Source: Mayamaea pseudoterrestris
Lineage: Eukaryota
Length of the DNA stretch: 64,000 nucleotides
NCBI GenBank assembly: GCA_027923505.1
Contig: BROI01000004.1
Location: 868,001-932,000 of the forward strand
Reading direction: 5' to 3'
Under the pieces are notes generated by a model. It searched no databases, had not been told where the DNA came from, and saw only the letters and a program-made list of their open reading frames with translations. Below are positions 22,801 through 35,120 of the stretch, piece by piece. Position numbers and translations under genes: made by a program. Each line of letters starts with the position of its first letter. Within the stretch, counting starts at the first letter, position 1.

Positions 22801-24166
22801 GCATGAAGGCTCTGGGCAGCCGGTGACGCCGACTCCTTCTGTTGTGGCGGCGCAAGTCAAAGAACCTTGCGAAAAACCCGCACCTGCCGCGGTAGACTTT
22901 GCCTATCACTTGATTGAACACGATACACCTTTGATCATGGAGTTTGAGGCGGCGAAAGCTTCCACAGTATTGCCAGTTTCTGCGTCATCACGTCTTCCGG
23001 GCGCATTAGTGGTTGACCCATACGTTCGCTCGCTGTGCACATCAAAGAACATGAAGGTATCCGAGAACGCTGTCTGGCTGCTGGTTATCGCCATTAAACA
23101 CTTTGCAGCTGACTGCCTTACTCAAGCATTGGAAGCATCGAGAACCGTCGAGGATTTGCAGCTATCATTGCCCGATGAACACACAAGCCTTAACCTCGGG
23201 GACACGCGAAAGTTTTCCACTGAACATGCGCGATGCCCGCACAAACAACAGAGGAGTGAGCAAAAGTGTCGCCTTGGGGCCGCCGATTTTCACTCACTTT
23301 TATTTGGAATGCCTTTCAAACAATCTGTCGTCAACTCGCATTCACGTGTTGCATTCGAAGGTAGTTTGCACTCCTCGTTGGACCAATATGCCGGCCAAGA
23401 TATTTCTGGCATGGACATTGTCAAGCGATTCTTGACTGATAAATTGTCCGTGTTTACGCCGGCGCAGGAGAAGCATCAGCCAAGCACGCCCGCAATTGTT
23501 TCTAGTGTTGCTTGTCCGGCCCTGAGCGAAGAACGCACAAGCACTCCCGTTGCTTCGGGTGGCCTTGGTCGCGGAGCCAAGGATCTTGCCTCATTGAAGG
23601 CGAAGACTTCAAAACCCGAGGCACCTGGGAAAATAACCAGTCCCTTTGCTACAGCCACCGAAGATGCTGCTATAGCGAGACCTTTATCATCTGAGACAGC
23701 ACCAATTGCTGCCATTGCAGATGCAAACGATACTCCATTCACATCTTCCCCTGGCGACAAGTCTGACGGAGGTAAACAGTCAGGGAGGCGAGGCAAAGGC
23801 TTTGGAGTCAAGAACCTGGCAGCCATGCGTGCTCGAAGTGTCACGTCCACGACGGACGAGAACACTATCAAGGCGGCAGCTGTGGTCACGGCGGCGGCGG
23901 CGGCAGAAGATGATGATGATAATGAAGAATTTAAGGGCGATATTCAGGACGAGAGCACTATCAAGGCGGCAGCTGTGGTCGCGGCGGTGGCGGCAGAAGA
24001 AGATGATAATGAAGAAGAAAAAGAAGAAGTTAAGGATGATATCCAGGCTTCAGCAGGTGTGGATGTCGATGGTGATGCAGAACTAATTGCCGAAGTTAAT
24101 CTGTCGCCTGCTGCCACTGAACAACTGCCTGCAGCACCCAACGAAACTCAGAGGAACGTTGAATAG
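19816..24166 (+). CDS. TADA1/Ada1 (SAGA)-like protein with a very long acidic disordered N-terminus; exons 19816-22624 and 22695-24166
   Basis: A GTAAGG...TTCAG intron (22625-22694) joins two ORFs. LNLDRLKLKL...KYWAAL...LRRLHNKLILGL resembles the SAGA-Tad1 N-domain. LPGALVVDPYVRSLC...VSENAVWLLVIAIKHF resembles the Ada1 histone fold. Confidence 0.6.
21097..21160 (+). repeat. Exact 25-nt direct repeat (GTGACGCAAGATGTTGCGCAAGACG), 39 nt apart and in frame (VTQDVAQD x2)
   Basis: Seen directly at 21097-21121 and 21136-21160. Confidence 0.9.
23854..24016 (+). repeat. Imperfect internal duplication with 93-nt period (DExTIKAAAVVxAxAA(A)ExDDxEE x2)
   Basis: GGACGAGA(A/G)CACTATCAAGGCGGCAGCTGTGGTC occurs at 23854 and 23947. 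Confidence 0.85.
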
Positions 24167-24432
24167 TAACGTATTCTGTAGCTGATTACACTTCTGCATT
24201 AGCATTAGCACTGTAGCTGGGAGCATTACGTATCTTTTGATTGATGGTAGCAAAATGAATGCGAGCGTCGCTGCGACATGGAGCTATAACGATACGACAC
24301 AATGACGTTTTAATTAAAATCTAGCGTACGTCACCTCGCTGGACCGCTTCCTTGAACCGCTCATTCGCAAGCTTCCCACACTTGCCTTGCAGCAACGAAA
24401 CGAGCCTGGCATTGACAAGCATTATAGCAACC

Positions 24433-25880
24433 ATGGTGGGATATACCGAGACGTTGGACTCTGTTGGAGATTCTATTTTGGCTTGGGCGGATCCGGAGGG
24501 TCAATTTCGCGGACACACGCAAGTACGTTTCGTTTCGTGTCATTGTTGCATTTGTTCCTTCGTTCACGCTACGCACACGACAACGATTTGACGGCGGCTA
24601 CTAAAGATGGGTGAATGCCAAGGAAAAGAGATCATGGCTCTTTTTTGAAAGTAATTGGAGAAAACTGGAGAAGATATTATGATTTCTTTGCTTGCGCCTT
24701 TCCATGAGCGTACATTGTACATTTGACCGAATGATGTGCGATCTGTGTTATTGCGATTGTTTGCATCTACCGGCATGGATGTGCCGATGGCGCCAATCTC
24801 TAATGGAATGTGATGGGCCGTGTTAGCATGCAAGTGAAGCGCTTGCCATCTGCCGTTGGAGGACATGCGCATATGACGCTCGATGACATAGGCAGGGCAG
24901 TCTTTCATCTTTCACATATAACATTTCTCACACAACGCTTCCTTATTTGTAACTCAGGGATGGTTCTTGACGGATTTTGCAACGGCCTTCAACATTGCAG
25001 CGGCATACTTTTGCATGGTGGTGGTTGGAAGCGTCATTATGAAGCTTGGCGTTCCGGCAATGGATCCGTATCCCCTCAAGTTCATCTACAACGTGTCGCA
25101 AATTATGCTGTGCGCCTACATGACAATCGAGGCTCTTTTGCTGGCTTACCGAAACGGATACCATGCCCTCCCCTGCAACAAGTACGACCAGTCAAATCCG
25201 GCGCTAGCGAATCTTCTGTGGCTCTTTTACGTCTCCAAGGTTTGGTGAGTTGAGAAGGCTGAGTACAAAACGTCTATTGTAATCTGGGAATGACATACTC
25301 AAATGCAATATGCATTTCTTTCTATAATTTTGGCTTGCAGGGACTTTTGGGACACGCTGTTCATCATCTTGGGCAAAAAGTGGAGACAGCTTAGCTTTCT
25401 CCACGTTTACCACCACATTACCATCTTTCTCTTCTACTGGCTCAATAGTCACGTCAACTATGACGGAGACATTTACCTTACCATTGTACTGAATGGATTC
25501 ATTCATACGTAAGTCCTTTTGAATAGAGGTGGCGCGTACGCGAAGTTCCTCGGCTCACAGACCCCATCGTATTTACTTCTGACATCAACAGCGTCATGTA
25601 CACGTACTACTTTGTGTGCATGCACACCAAGGTTCCAGAAACTGGAAAGTCGCTTCCCATTTGGTGGAAGTCAAGCTTGACGTCGTTGCAGCTGGTGCAG
25701 TTTGTCACCATGATGTCGCAAGGCACATACTTGCTTGGAACCAATTGCCAAACGACGTCGTTGCGAGTCGTCGCTGCCTACGTGGTTTACATAATGTCGC
25801 TGTTCATCCTGTTTGCCCAGTTCTTTGTGCAATCCTACGTCAAGCCAAAGAAGGCGTCGGAAAAGAAGAAGCGATCGTAA
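24433..25880 (+). CDS. ELO6: Fatty-acid elongase, delta-6 PUFA elongase type; exons 24433-24522, 24958-25244, 25341-25508, 25592-25880 (277 aa)
   Basis: KVWDFWDT, QLSFLHVYHH, HTVMYTYY and KSLPIWWKSSLT motifs, and a Lys-rich ER-retention tail. From recollection it is very similar to the diatom delta-6 elongases. Three GT-AG introns give an intact frame. Confidence 0.92.
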
Positions 25881-26118
25881 AATTACTTGTAAGGCGCAAG
25901 TGCACCCAACGAAACCCAGTGGTACAGTACTAATACAAATTTTTAGTATAGTACAGTACGCGTCAAGTCCGCTTATTTATCTTTTTCATAACGGTCAGGC
26001 AGTACAGTGCTGTGGAATTTATATTATGCCGCACAACGGTTCCACTTCGCCATAACGGCGTTGCAACATTGCTTGACTCGTACTCTACATTTGCAAAACC
26101 AGAACGTTATTCACAAAC

Positions 26119-26828
26119 CTACAAATCCAGTGACAACTGCGCCTTGGTCTCGCATGGCTGCTGCGGCTGAAGTAGCTTATTCAGCGTGGATCGTGTTTTC
26201 CCAAACATGCCACGTCGCTGATTCATCATCGGCAAATCTTGGACCGGAATCTCGGCACCAACGGCCGCCGTAACATTGGTCATGACGTTCAGTAAAAAGA
26301 ATGCCAACAGCGGAGACAAGTCGAGGCCAAAGACTGGTGGAATGAGACCGCGGAACAAGTTCAAGTATGGATCAGTCACAGCGAAAATAGGCTGGAGCAC
26401 AGCAACACCCTGGGCTTGAGGAATCCACGAAAGGAGGACGCGAGCCGTAATAATGAGATTGTAGAGCGATAGAAAGTTGGCAAAGCCGCCTGTTATAATA
26501 ATGAGAGGAGGTGTACGCGATAGAGTGAGGTGCTGCATGATCACGTTTCACAAGTTCCTACATGTCACAACGTACCAACAACAACTTGCTCGGCAATGCC
26601 ATATCCCGGAATCGCCATGGCAGTCGCTCCTCCACTATTCTTGGTCCGTTGTGCATTCAATCGTAGCTTGGTTCGCTGGGTCTGGCTCATGCGCGACGAC
26701 CAAGATGGCTGCTGCAGCCGCAAGGACGAATCCGTGACAACGGCCGAGTGAGGCAGAAAGACGGACGCTGACGCCATTTGAATGACGAGTAGCGGAAATA
26801 GGATAGAGAGACAGGAATGGAGGTTCAT
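26119..26828 (-). CDS. ylmG: Plastid YGGT-family protein (YlmG/Ycf19); exons 26828-26576 and 26489-26119 (207 aa)
   Basis: RVLLSWIP...TDPYLNLFRGLIPPVFGLDLSPLLAF YGGT signature. N-terminal signal plus transit peptide. GTACGT...ACAG intron. Confidence 0.9.
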
Positions 26829-27118
26829 CTTGTTACTGTCAGAGTAAAAAAATGTTTTAAGTCAGTTGACAGTTTTGAGGGTTGGCGCGGATCAGATAAT
26901 GGCCATGGTGAAGATCGCGATCCGTTTCGTAAATCGCGTGGTCGATGAGGTGGCCCAGTGATGGTGCGACAGTTTCGATTACTGATGCGACATTAGCTTT
27001 TGTTGGCACATGCGTTACTCCACGGGAGCATCTTTTGTTTCCCATGTAACGAACAATATATGTAGCGAACAATATAATATCTTAAAGCATGCAGACAATG
27101 GGGGTTTCCAGTAGCGTG

Positions 27119-30100
27119 CTATGTATAGTAGTACTCCTTTAAAAGCCGTCGAACGTTCACAGGTAAACCCTTCTCCACTGCGAACCACGTCTCGTCGCCG
27201 ACGGAAATTTTCATGTCCTGCACAAGCTTGACCAACGCGGCTCCGAGCTCTGCTTCTTGGGGTGGAAACGGACGGAAACTGTAGTCACCAGTCAGCAAGG
27301 CAACGCCCTGGCCATCTGAATCTGGAGGCATATGCCACGTCAAAATGCAGTACAAAATTGACCCCAACACTGTCGGCAAGTCACCACTGCTAGCAGTCTG
27401 CTGGATGGCTTGCGGATTGGCATAGACAGTCTTGACAAAGCCTTGAAAGGCGTCCCGGCGTTCAGTTTGATCGACGATCTTTGCCATGCCATCGCACCAC
27501 CCCAACAAGAAGCGAGGAAGGTCTGGGGCGACAAATTCGGGATTCACCTTTGCCAATCGACCAACACAAGCGGCAGCGTTCTCAACCAAACCTGGAATGT
27601 CTGAGCCCCGAGCGCCATTGGTTCCATTACCCATCAATAGAGCAATCAAATTCTGCATCAGTGAGTTAGCAAAAGGTCGCAGCGGAGCATCGTTTCCTTC
27701 ACATCGCACGCAAATCTCGCCGGCTGCCCATACCGCATTGGTGCAGACTGTTGGATGCGTAGGATCCATTCCGGTAATCGTTTCTTGCAGTATCAGAGGC
27801 AGAGCCGGTTCAATGACGACTGGAGCCTTGCGAGCCAAATCTCCAACCATGGCCAAGGCACTCATTCGAACCGATGGAATTTCATGCTTGCACAGCAAAT
27901 GGACAAACATGGTCAGAAACTGCTGGCCATACCGTTGACTGGACGCAACCAATGCACCAAAATTATCGCCGAGTGCTTCCACTAGCGCATCAAGCAAGTC
28001 TGTTGCGCAAACAATTGGATCGACCTCTTCCTCGTTCAAAATCGCATCACCTGGCGTTGCCGTCACAACTAGCGTCACTGACTCAATGATGGACATGGCG
28101 AGCTCAAACGTCTCCAACGCATACAATTGGTAATTTGTACCGGATGCTAAAACAATGCTCGCCAAGCATTCCATCAATGGCAGCAGTGTCCGATCCGTCG
28201 AGTCATTCTTAGCCAAAGCGTTCCACAGGCGTAGTAATGGTGGCACATACATTGCAGGCAAGTCATGCTCGGCTGTGGCAGGCCCGCAGCAGTTGGCAAG
28301 TATACCAAAGCAGTCAAACACCATTAGTAGACTCCGGCCTTGATATTTAGACAACATTGTCACTAACGTTCGGTAGACTGGTTCGAGGTAGGGTACCATT
28401 AAATCTTCCGCCGCTTCAGCAATGGCACCGAATGCGGAGCAGCATGCGACTTGGATTCTTCGATTGTTGTCGTACAGACGATCCATAAAAATCTTGGTCA
28501 TTTCACCAAGCAACTGACCTTGCGCACCCGTCTGGACCTGCTCCACTGCCCAAGAAGCGTAACGGCTCACTGTCCAAGCCGTAATGACGACTAGCTGCGG
28601 CAAGACGCTGCCATTCGTAGCCGCTAAAACGTTCAAGAGACACGGGTAGAGTTGTGCCATGCTTGCATTTAGCTCCAGCATGCAACCATCCGCGACGGCA
28701 CCAAGCGCTAAAATTGACGCCTCCTGTATCCAAGGGTCGCTACTGACAAGACCATGTTCCAGCGCCGGCAGTAGACATGGTAAAATGTAATCGGCTCCGT
28801 AAAGTGTCGCGAGGCAGTCTAGGGTGGCAGCCGAGCACTTACGCAAAGTCCATTCACCATCATCGTCATCCTCTCGATCATCGTCGTCGTCATCAAAGTC
28901 AGATTCACTCTCGTTTCCGGCATCTTCCGACGCGTTGGCATGACCAATCGCTTCTCCATTAGATTGACCTCCGTGCTTGGATCGACTCTTGTGAAAGAGT
29001 GGTTTCATACTTGTTAGTTGTTGTTGTTGCTGCTGCAGCTGCTGCTGCTCCATCTCCAATTCATTCAGAGCCATAAGTTCCCTTTGCTTGTCCATTGTAT
29101 ACACCATGTTGGTCAGCAAGATGGGAACAAGCTGGGGAAGTAGGACTTGCACCGTTTCAGCCATGTCTGGCGTACAGGCTTCCTCTTCCAAATGGCAAAA
29201 TGTCCACCAAAAGTCACATGCCTCAAAGGCAACGTTGGCGTCCGCGTCGTCTGACAATGCCTGTTGCTGCTGTTTTGCGTTCGTAACATTCATTTGCTGC
29301 AGCATGAACTGACAAAGCGATGCCATGTGAGGTCGAATGTACTCTGTCCGAAGATTCAATAGGGCGACAATGCTTCGACAAACTAAAGTGCGAATCATAG
29401 CCGGCTTGGGAGGCGTTGCACTCGCCAGTGCACTCAATGAGGCAAGGTAATTCGAAAAATGCAAGACTAATGCGTTCGGCATGTAATCAAGGCCAACTAT
29501 ACTGGCAATAATGGCGTGAAGCGAGGCAATGACGAGTTTTTCATGAGGAGACGAAAGATATTGAACCAGCAATGGAATAATCGCATCAACTTGTTCGTGA
29601 CTCAATTCACCCGGTCCATCCTCCAAAATTTTGCGAATTGTTAAAAGTGATCCTTCTATTGTATGTAAACTTGTTGCTTGGTTGTTTTGCAGTGGGTGTA
29701 GCAAGGCCGGAATGAGGGTCGGCCATGCGTGAATCGATAGTGCAGGTTGAATGGAATCGGAGCAAACAGCAGACGTTGCAATAATCGAGCTTGCCACTGC
29801 ACGCAATTCACCATGCTTGCAGTTCAATGCACAAATAAGCGTCTCTTTTAAGTGATTTGAAGTTGGAGGTTGAATGTACAGTACGCCATGAGCGTTCCCC
29901 GCCGTCACAGCATGCATCGGAGGTCGAAGTAGCACATTTTTTAAGATGAACCCCGCTGTTTGCCCGAATGCTAGCCATAGACTCGGATCATGCTGCAGTC
30001 TAAGTACTGAATGATGATCCGTCTGCTTCCATATATCCAGCTCACGCGGATCAATTTGATCAAGCATGCTTTGAGGGTCGTCACTCCCAACGAGAGTGTA

Positions 30101-30265
30101 GGCGAGCTGAAGGCAGAGTGAATTGTAGCTTTCATTAGATGAACTTAACGCGTCATCTCGAGCACGAATCGCTTGGACATGCAGCGCATGATTATCTGGA
30201 TTGGACAAGGCGCTAATGAGCGACAAGGCTTGTCCGCTTGGAGCTGGTGGACGCGTCGCTGCCAT
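27119..30265 (-). CDS. TNPO1: Transportin-1 (karyopherin beta-2), 1048 aa, intronless
   Basis: HEAT-repeat protein with VAFEACDFW, an acidic H8 loop followed by WTLRKCSAATLD, EASILALGAVADGC, NAVWAAGEI and LVENAAACVGRL. Confidence 0.9.
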   Translation of the reverse strand: MAATRPPAPSGQALSLISALSNPDNHALHVQAIRARDDALSSSNESYNSLCLQLAYTLVGSDDPQSMLDQIDPRELDIWKQTDHHSVLRLQHDPSLWLAFGQTAGFILKNVLLRPPMHAVTAGNAHGVLYIQPPTSNHLKETLICALNCKHGELRAVASSIIATSAVCSDSIQPALSIHAWPTLIPALLHPLQNNQATSLHTIEGSLLTIRKILEDGPGELSHEQVDAIIPLLVQYLSSPHEKLVIASLHAIIASIVGLDYMPNALVLHFSNYLASLSALASATPPKPAMIRTLVCRSIVALLNLRTEYIRPHMASLCQFMLQQMNVTNAKQQQQALSDDADANVAFEACDFWWTFCHLEEEACTPDMAETVQVLLPQLVPILLTNMVYTMDKQRELMALNELEMEQQQLQQQQQQLTSMKPLFHKSRSKHGGQSNGEAIGHANASEDAGNESESDFDDDDDDREDDDDGEWTLRKCSAATLDCLATLYGADYILPCLLPALEHGLVSSDPWIQEASILALGAVADGCMLELNASMAQLYPCLLNVLAATNGSVLPQLVVITAWTVSRYASWAVEQVQTGAQGQLLGEMTKIFMDRLYDNNRRIQVACCSAFGAIAEAAEDLMVPYLEPVYRTLVTMLSKYQGRSLLMVFDCFGILANCCGPATAEHDLPAMYVPPLLRLWNALAKNDSTDRTLLPLMECLASIVLASGTNYQLYALETFELAMSIIESVTLVVTATPGDAILNEEEVDPIVCATDLLDALVEALGDNFGALVASSQRYGQQFLTMFVHLLCKHEIPSVRMSALAMVGDLARKAPVVIEPALPLILQETITGMDPTHPTVCTNAVWAAGEICVRCEGNDAPLRPFANSLMQNLIALLMGNGTNGARGSDIPGLVENAAACVGRLAKVNPEFVAPDLPRFLLGWCDGMAKIVDQTERRDAFQGFVKTVYANPQAIQQTASSGDLPTVLGSILYCILTWHMPPDSDGQGVALLTGDYSFRPFPPQEAELGAALVKLVQDMKISVGDETWFAVEKGLPVNVRRLLKEYYYT

Positions 30266-30429
30266 GGTGAAAAATGTGACGAGCAGAACGAGTGGTCGAG
30301 TTTTAGTTAGTCGCGATACGACATATTGGTACCGAAGCGACTATGCTACTGTCCGTCCGTCGTTTCACTCGCGACGTCACCACGGTCTTTCGTTGCGCCG
30401 TCGCTCGATTCCACACCTCAAAAGTCACC

Positions 30430-30890
30430 ATGGCGCTCGAACTGCTATCGAAACGAATTGTTGGTGCCGCCTCGGGCATGTACAAGAAGGCGCTTAGCAG
30501 TGAGCTTAATAAAATGGGTGAGTTATTGTCGCAGTGGGTTGTGAAACATCAAGCACTTTAGGATTGTCCGTTTTGCTCCTGGCTTGCTGAAAATAAAAAA
30601 TAACTCACGTCAATCTTTCCGCATTATCTACAGGCCTTCGATACGAGGACATTCTGAATAACGAATTACCTGCTGTCAAGGAGGCTCTTGAATTGGCTGA
30701 TCCTGATATCGTCAAGGGACGCATGCGTCGATTAAAGCTGGCATCGGACCTAACGTACAAGGGAAAGGTGCTGCAAGACTACGCACCGGACTTAAAGCTG
30801 GATCCATTCAAGTTTGAATTGTATGAGGATATCGAAAAGATCAAGGCGAGAGATGAGGAGATTCAGCTCTTGAACTTGCACAAGATGTAA
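30430..30890 (+). CDS. QCR7: Cytochrome bc1 complex subunit 7; exons 30430-30517 and 30634-30890 (114 aa)
   Basis: The spliced product ...LNKMGLRYEDIL...VKEALEL...RMRRLKLASDL... matches the UCR_14kD pattern. GTGAGT...CAG intron. Confidence 0.88.
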
Positions 30891-31298
30891 TTGACGGATG
30901 TGTGTGCAAAAGAGCTTGACTTGCTTATTGTTGTTGCTTGAACTTTGTTTCACTGTGAGAGTAAATAATAAGCATATTATATCTTGCACTCAAACGATAT
31001 AATGTGCATAGGCTTGTAGCGTGATATTTGGTGATTTCTTCGTTGTCGTTATGAGAAGACTATTTGAAGGTCGATAAGTACCATTGAACTTCAGTCAAAC
31101 AGTATAATCGTTCACTTCTGTTGCCTACCGGTATTTCCAGTACATGCACAAGTTGATTTAATAATACTAAACGTTTTTTCGCATGGATCTTAACATATAG
31201 AAGGCATGATCGCTCACGTAATCTCGGCATTTCAATTTCTCTAAAACCATAACTTCCATTTAAGCCAGATGAACCTGGCACCATCCCAGTTATACTCC

Positions 31299-32684
31299 TC
31301 AAGCCGATCCACTCGTCGCATCTCCACTCTGTCCCTGCGGAGGTCCAGCACTCACCACTTGCTCCACAACAGTGTTGAACGAGTTGCATCGCGGACACTG
31401 AATGCCCAAAAAGTGCCAGTCGCGATTGGCGCTTTTGGTTTCGCAATCATTGCACATGATATCCACAATCCGCATCAAGTCAGACGGCATTGGATGCTCG
31501 GCAATGTCGCGAGCACGCGCTTCCCAAGCAGCCGCCATGCTCTGCTGACTCACCACCGTCTTTTTGCAAATGGGACAGCGATAGTCAAAGCCTGCCAGCT
31601 TGCGAAAGCAATGCGCGTGAATGGCATGTCCGCATGGCAAGTCTTGGGGAGACTGTCGACTCGAAAACATGTCTTCGCGACATACTGGACAATTGTTCTT
31701 GTACTTGTCGCGAAAGCACTGGTGCGTATTAAAGACGCTGACGGAAATGCACATGCAGCACTCGGAGCAGTGGCGAAAGGCTTCAACGCCTCCGACGCGG
31801 CAAAATCCACATTGAGCGCAATGAAACGGCTTTTTGGACTGTCGCAAAGTGCGAACAAACGTTTATTGATGCGGGTGAGCAGCTGTTCCTTGTAACATAC
31901 AGTGGCAATCGCGCAATCGCACGCGAGCACACAACGACGTACCATGGACATCCAAAGGTTGCAAATGTTGCAGTGATACTCTCCAAATACTGTCTGGCAA
32001 GTGATGCATTGATTTCTGAAGAAGATAAGATAAATGAATGAGTAAAATGAGTCAAATCAGGGATGGTGTCATTGTGCGCGACACGATCGAAGCCCAATCT
32101 CTACCTCGCATTGCTCCATTCACCCATTCTCACTCACAAACAAATATAAAGCCAATTAATTGCTCTACTTACCCAGCCGGCTGTCTCGTATTGCAATTCT
32201 TGCAAACCACTTCGCGAATCATGAACCGATTCATCGGCCCATGACCCGTCGGCGACAGTTCATCGTGACAAATCCGACAACCAAAGACTCGGTCACAGCA
32301 GGGCGCCACAATGTTGCAGTTGCGCTCATAGTGGACGCAGGCCGCGTTCGCTTCGGGAACGGCCAGCACGGGTGGAGCTGGTGGAGCCACGTGGGTGCGG
32401 CCGCCGCTCATGAGATTTTGAATGGCGCGATTCTTGTCCTCCTGCGTCATGGCGGTGTTGCGCATGATCTCCTGAATGGCGCGGCGGCGAGCAAGAGCCG
32501 CATCCTCCTCGATTGGAGCGGGGGGTTCGTCGGCATTCATGGCGTCGTCCTCATGGTCATCCTCGTCCTCAAGGTCTTCATCGTCGTCGTCCGAAACGTC
32601 AATGTCTTCGTCGTCCGATCCAGCGTCTTCCTCCAAATCCATTTCGTTTTCTTGATCGTAGGGATTAGATGGATCAGCGCTCAT
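31299..32684 (-). CDS. RCHY1: CHY zinc finger/RING E3 ligase (RCHY1/Pirh2-like); exons 32684-32173, 32015-31943, 31838-31299 (374 aa)
   Basis: CVHYERNC...APCC...CRICHDE (CHY), FHCAQCGFCRVGG (CTCHY), CPVCREDM...LPCGHAIH..C...CPICKK (RING), and CNDC...HFLGIQCPRCNSFNT (zinc ribbon). Confidence 0.92.
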
Positions 32685-33399
32685 CTTACAGATAGTAGTA
32701 CTATGCCTTGGAAACTGCCTTGCTCTCGACCTTTAACGTGGCAGTCGAATGTAGCAACCGAACGCTAGTGTCAAGTCTCAACTGTGAGATTTGCAACTGT
32801 GTATGGCCGTCAAGTCTGCTGGACTTGTGGAACGCTTCAATCTAGAATGCAAAAAACTTTATGTACTGTACCTGCTGCGGCTGTCTAAGACTAAGGCAGA
32901 AGATACCGCTGCAGCTGGTAGGTTTGACAGGATGATCGACTCCGCAAAGAAAAAGCAGCCGCAGACGATTTGGATCGAAGGATCGAAAGACCCGAGGCGC
33001 GGCGCGGTGCCGCGTTGGAGCGACCTTCAAGTCGGTGACCAAGGGCTATAGTAAATGCCAGTCATGCTTTTCTCCGCGTCTTGATTGCCGATTCGAAGTT
33101 TTTCATTGGTTGAGACGATGGATTGCCACGTCAATTGGCTTTAGTTTTGCTAGCTACCGGTATCTTACCAACACCAATCTGCACTTTCGAGAGATGCAAC
33201 AAGCTCGAGGCAATGACTGCTGCATACACAAGAGTGACAAGTAGATACGTGGTGTAAAGCATTTTTTGCCTTGTTGAGCTGCGTGCACCTCTTTGAAGCG
33301 AGCAGTTCAAAAAACTTCCTTCTCTTACGTGCACGATTCTATTAATACTACTACTGCCAGCAAGAATTTCTGAAACATTGATTAAAATCTCTATAGCAT

Positions 33400-35120
33400 T
33401 TACTCCCACTCAATCGTCGCCGGGGGTTTGGAGCTAATGTCATAGCACAAACGATTGATCCCTCGGACTTCATTAATGATTCGACTCGACATGCTGTCCA
33501 TCACTTCATACGGCAAATGGTAAAAGTCGGCAGTCATAAAGTCTGTCGTTTCAACGCATCGAACGGCAGCAACATTCTCGTAAGTGCGACCGTCGCCCAT
33601 GACGCCAACACTCTTGACAGGAAGCAGCACGACAAAGGCTTGCCCAATCAAACGATAGTGGCCAGACTTGTGAAGCTCCTCAATCATAATCGCATCAGCT
33701 TCTTGTAAAATCTTGACTCGTTCGGCAGTCACTTCTCCAATGATACGAATGGCAAGGCCTGGGCCGGGGAAGGGGTGACGCCATACACTTAGTTCGTCAA
33801 TGCCAAGTGCCAAGCCGAGCTCTCGCACTTCATCCTTGAACAGTTCGCGAAGAGGTTCAATCAGCTTCAAATGCATAGATGCGGGAAGGCCACCAACATT
33901 GTGATGCGTCTTGATCGTCGCCGACGGACCCTTGTACGATATGCTTTCAATGACATCCGGGTAAAGCGTTCCCTGCAGCAAGTAGTCGCATGTGCCAATG
34001 TCATCAACAATCTTCTTAGCTTCCTCCTGGAACACATCAATAAATGTTCCTCCAATAATCTTTCGCTTCTTCTCCGGATCCGTTACTCCCTTGAGCAGCT
34101 CCAGGAAACGTTCTGACGCATCCACGCACCGCAGGTTCACACCGCAGTCTTCTCGCAATCGCTTCACGACGGAAACGGCTTCATCCTTTCGGAGGCAACC
34201 ATTGTCAACCATGACGGCATGGAACCGATCGCCAATCGCTTCCTTCATCATGACAGCCGCCACTGTGGAGTCGACACCTCCACTCACTGCTCCCAATACA
34301 TGGCCATCCGGCCCCACCGTTTCCCGAACACTTTGAATAAACTCCTTTGCGTAATCGGCCATGACCCAATCCTGCTTGGCGCCAGCTACACCCACGCAAA
34401 AGTTTTCCAAAATTATTTTACCAAGTGGTGAGTGTGTGACTTCAGGATGAAACTGCAAACCCCAGGTGCGCGTCTCCAAGTTTTCAATTGCGACATATTC
34501 GGCATTGGCCGTGGCAGCGACTGCTTCAAAACCCACCGGAAGTTCCTTCAACTTGTCACCATGCGACATCCACACTTGGAACTCCTGCGGCATGTTTTGA
34601 AAGAGAATGCTGCTACAATCGGATCGCGTCCGATGAGCCATGGCCTTGCCATACTCGTGAAAGAGTCCCTGCTCGACACGTCCACCAAAAACGTGCGCCA
34701 GTTCTTGCATGCCGTAGCAAATACCTAGGACGGGAATGTTTCGCGACTTGATCAATTCCCACACTCCTTGCGACACATGTGGAGCTCCTTCTTCGTAGAC
34801 CGATGATGGTCCACCCGAAAGAATGACAGCAGTGATTTCGTGCTTGGAAAGCAAGTCGGCGTCGACCAAGCACGAGTAGAGTTCGCAGTAAATATGAAGC
34901 TCCCGAACGCGGCGAGCAATCAAATGGGAATACTGCGACCCGAAGTCGAGAATGGCGATTTGAGGCCTGCAAGAAGAGAATTATAGTATTTGGATGAGTT
35001 AGATGCCAACGAACTGCCGTTACAACAAAGCGAGTGCTATTTACTCTACATTTGCGCGTACCGATCCAGGTTTCCCAAATTGGACGCTTGTTGTAGATAC
35101 TCAGGCTCTTCAGGTGGCAT
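33400..35120 (-). CDS. GMPS: GMP synthase (glutamine-hydrolysing); exons 35120-35062 and 34966-33400 (541 aa)
   Basis: ILDFGSQYSHLIARR, LGICYGMQ, QFHPEV, SGGVDS, IKTHHNVGG, RHPFPGPGL and SKPPATIEWE motifs. Confidence 0.97.

Noticed and set aside
31269..32768. Long antisense ORFs opposite RCHY1 (similar ones lie opposite DDX3, H2B and the 49378-51042 gene)
   Set aside because: Shadow ORFs caused by codon bias of the real gene; no recognisable motifs.
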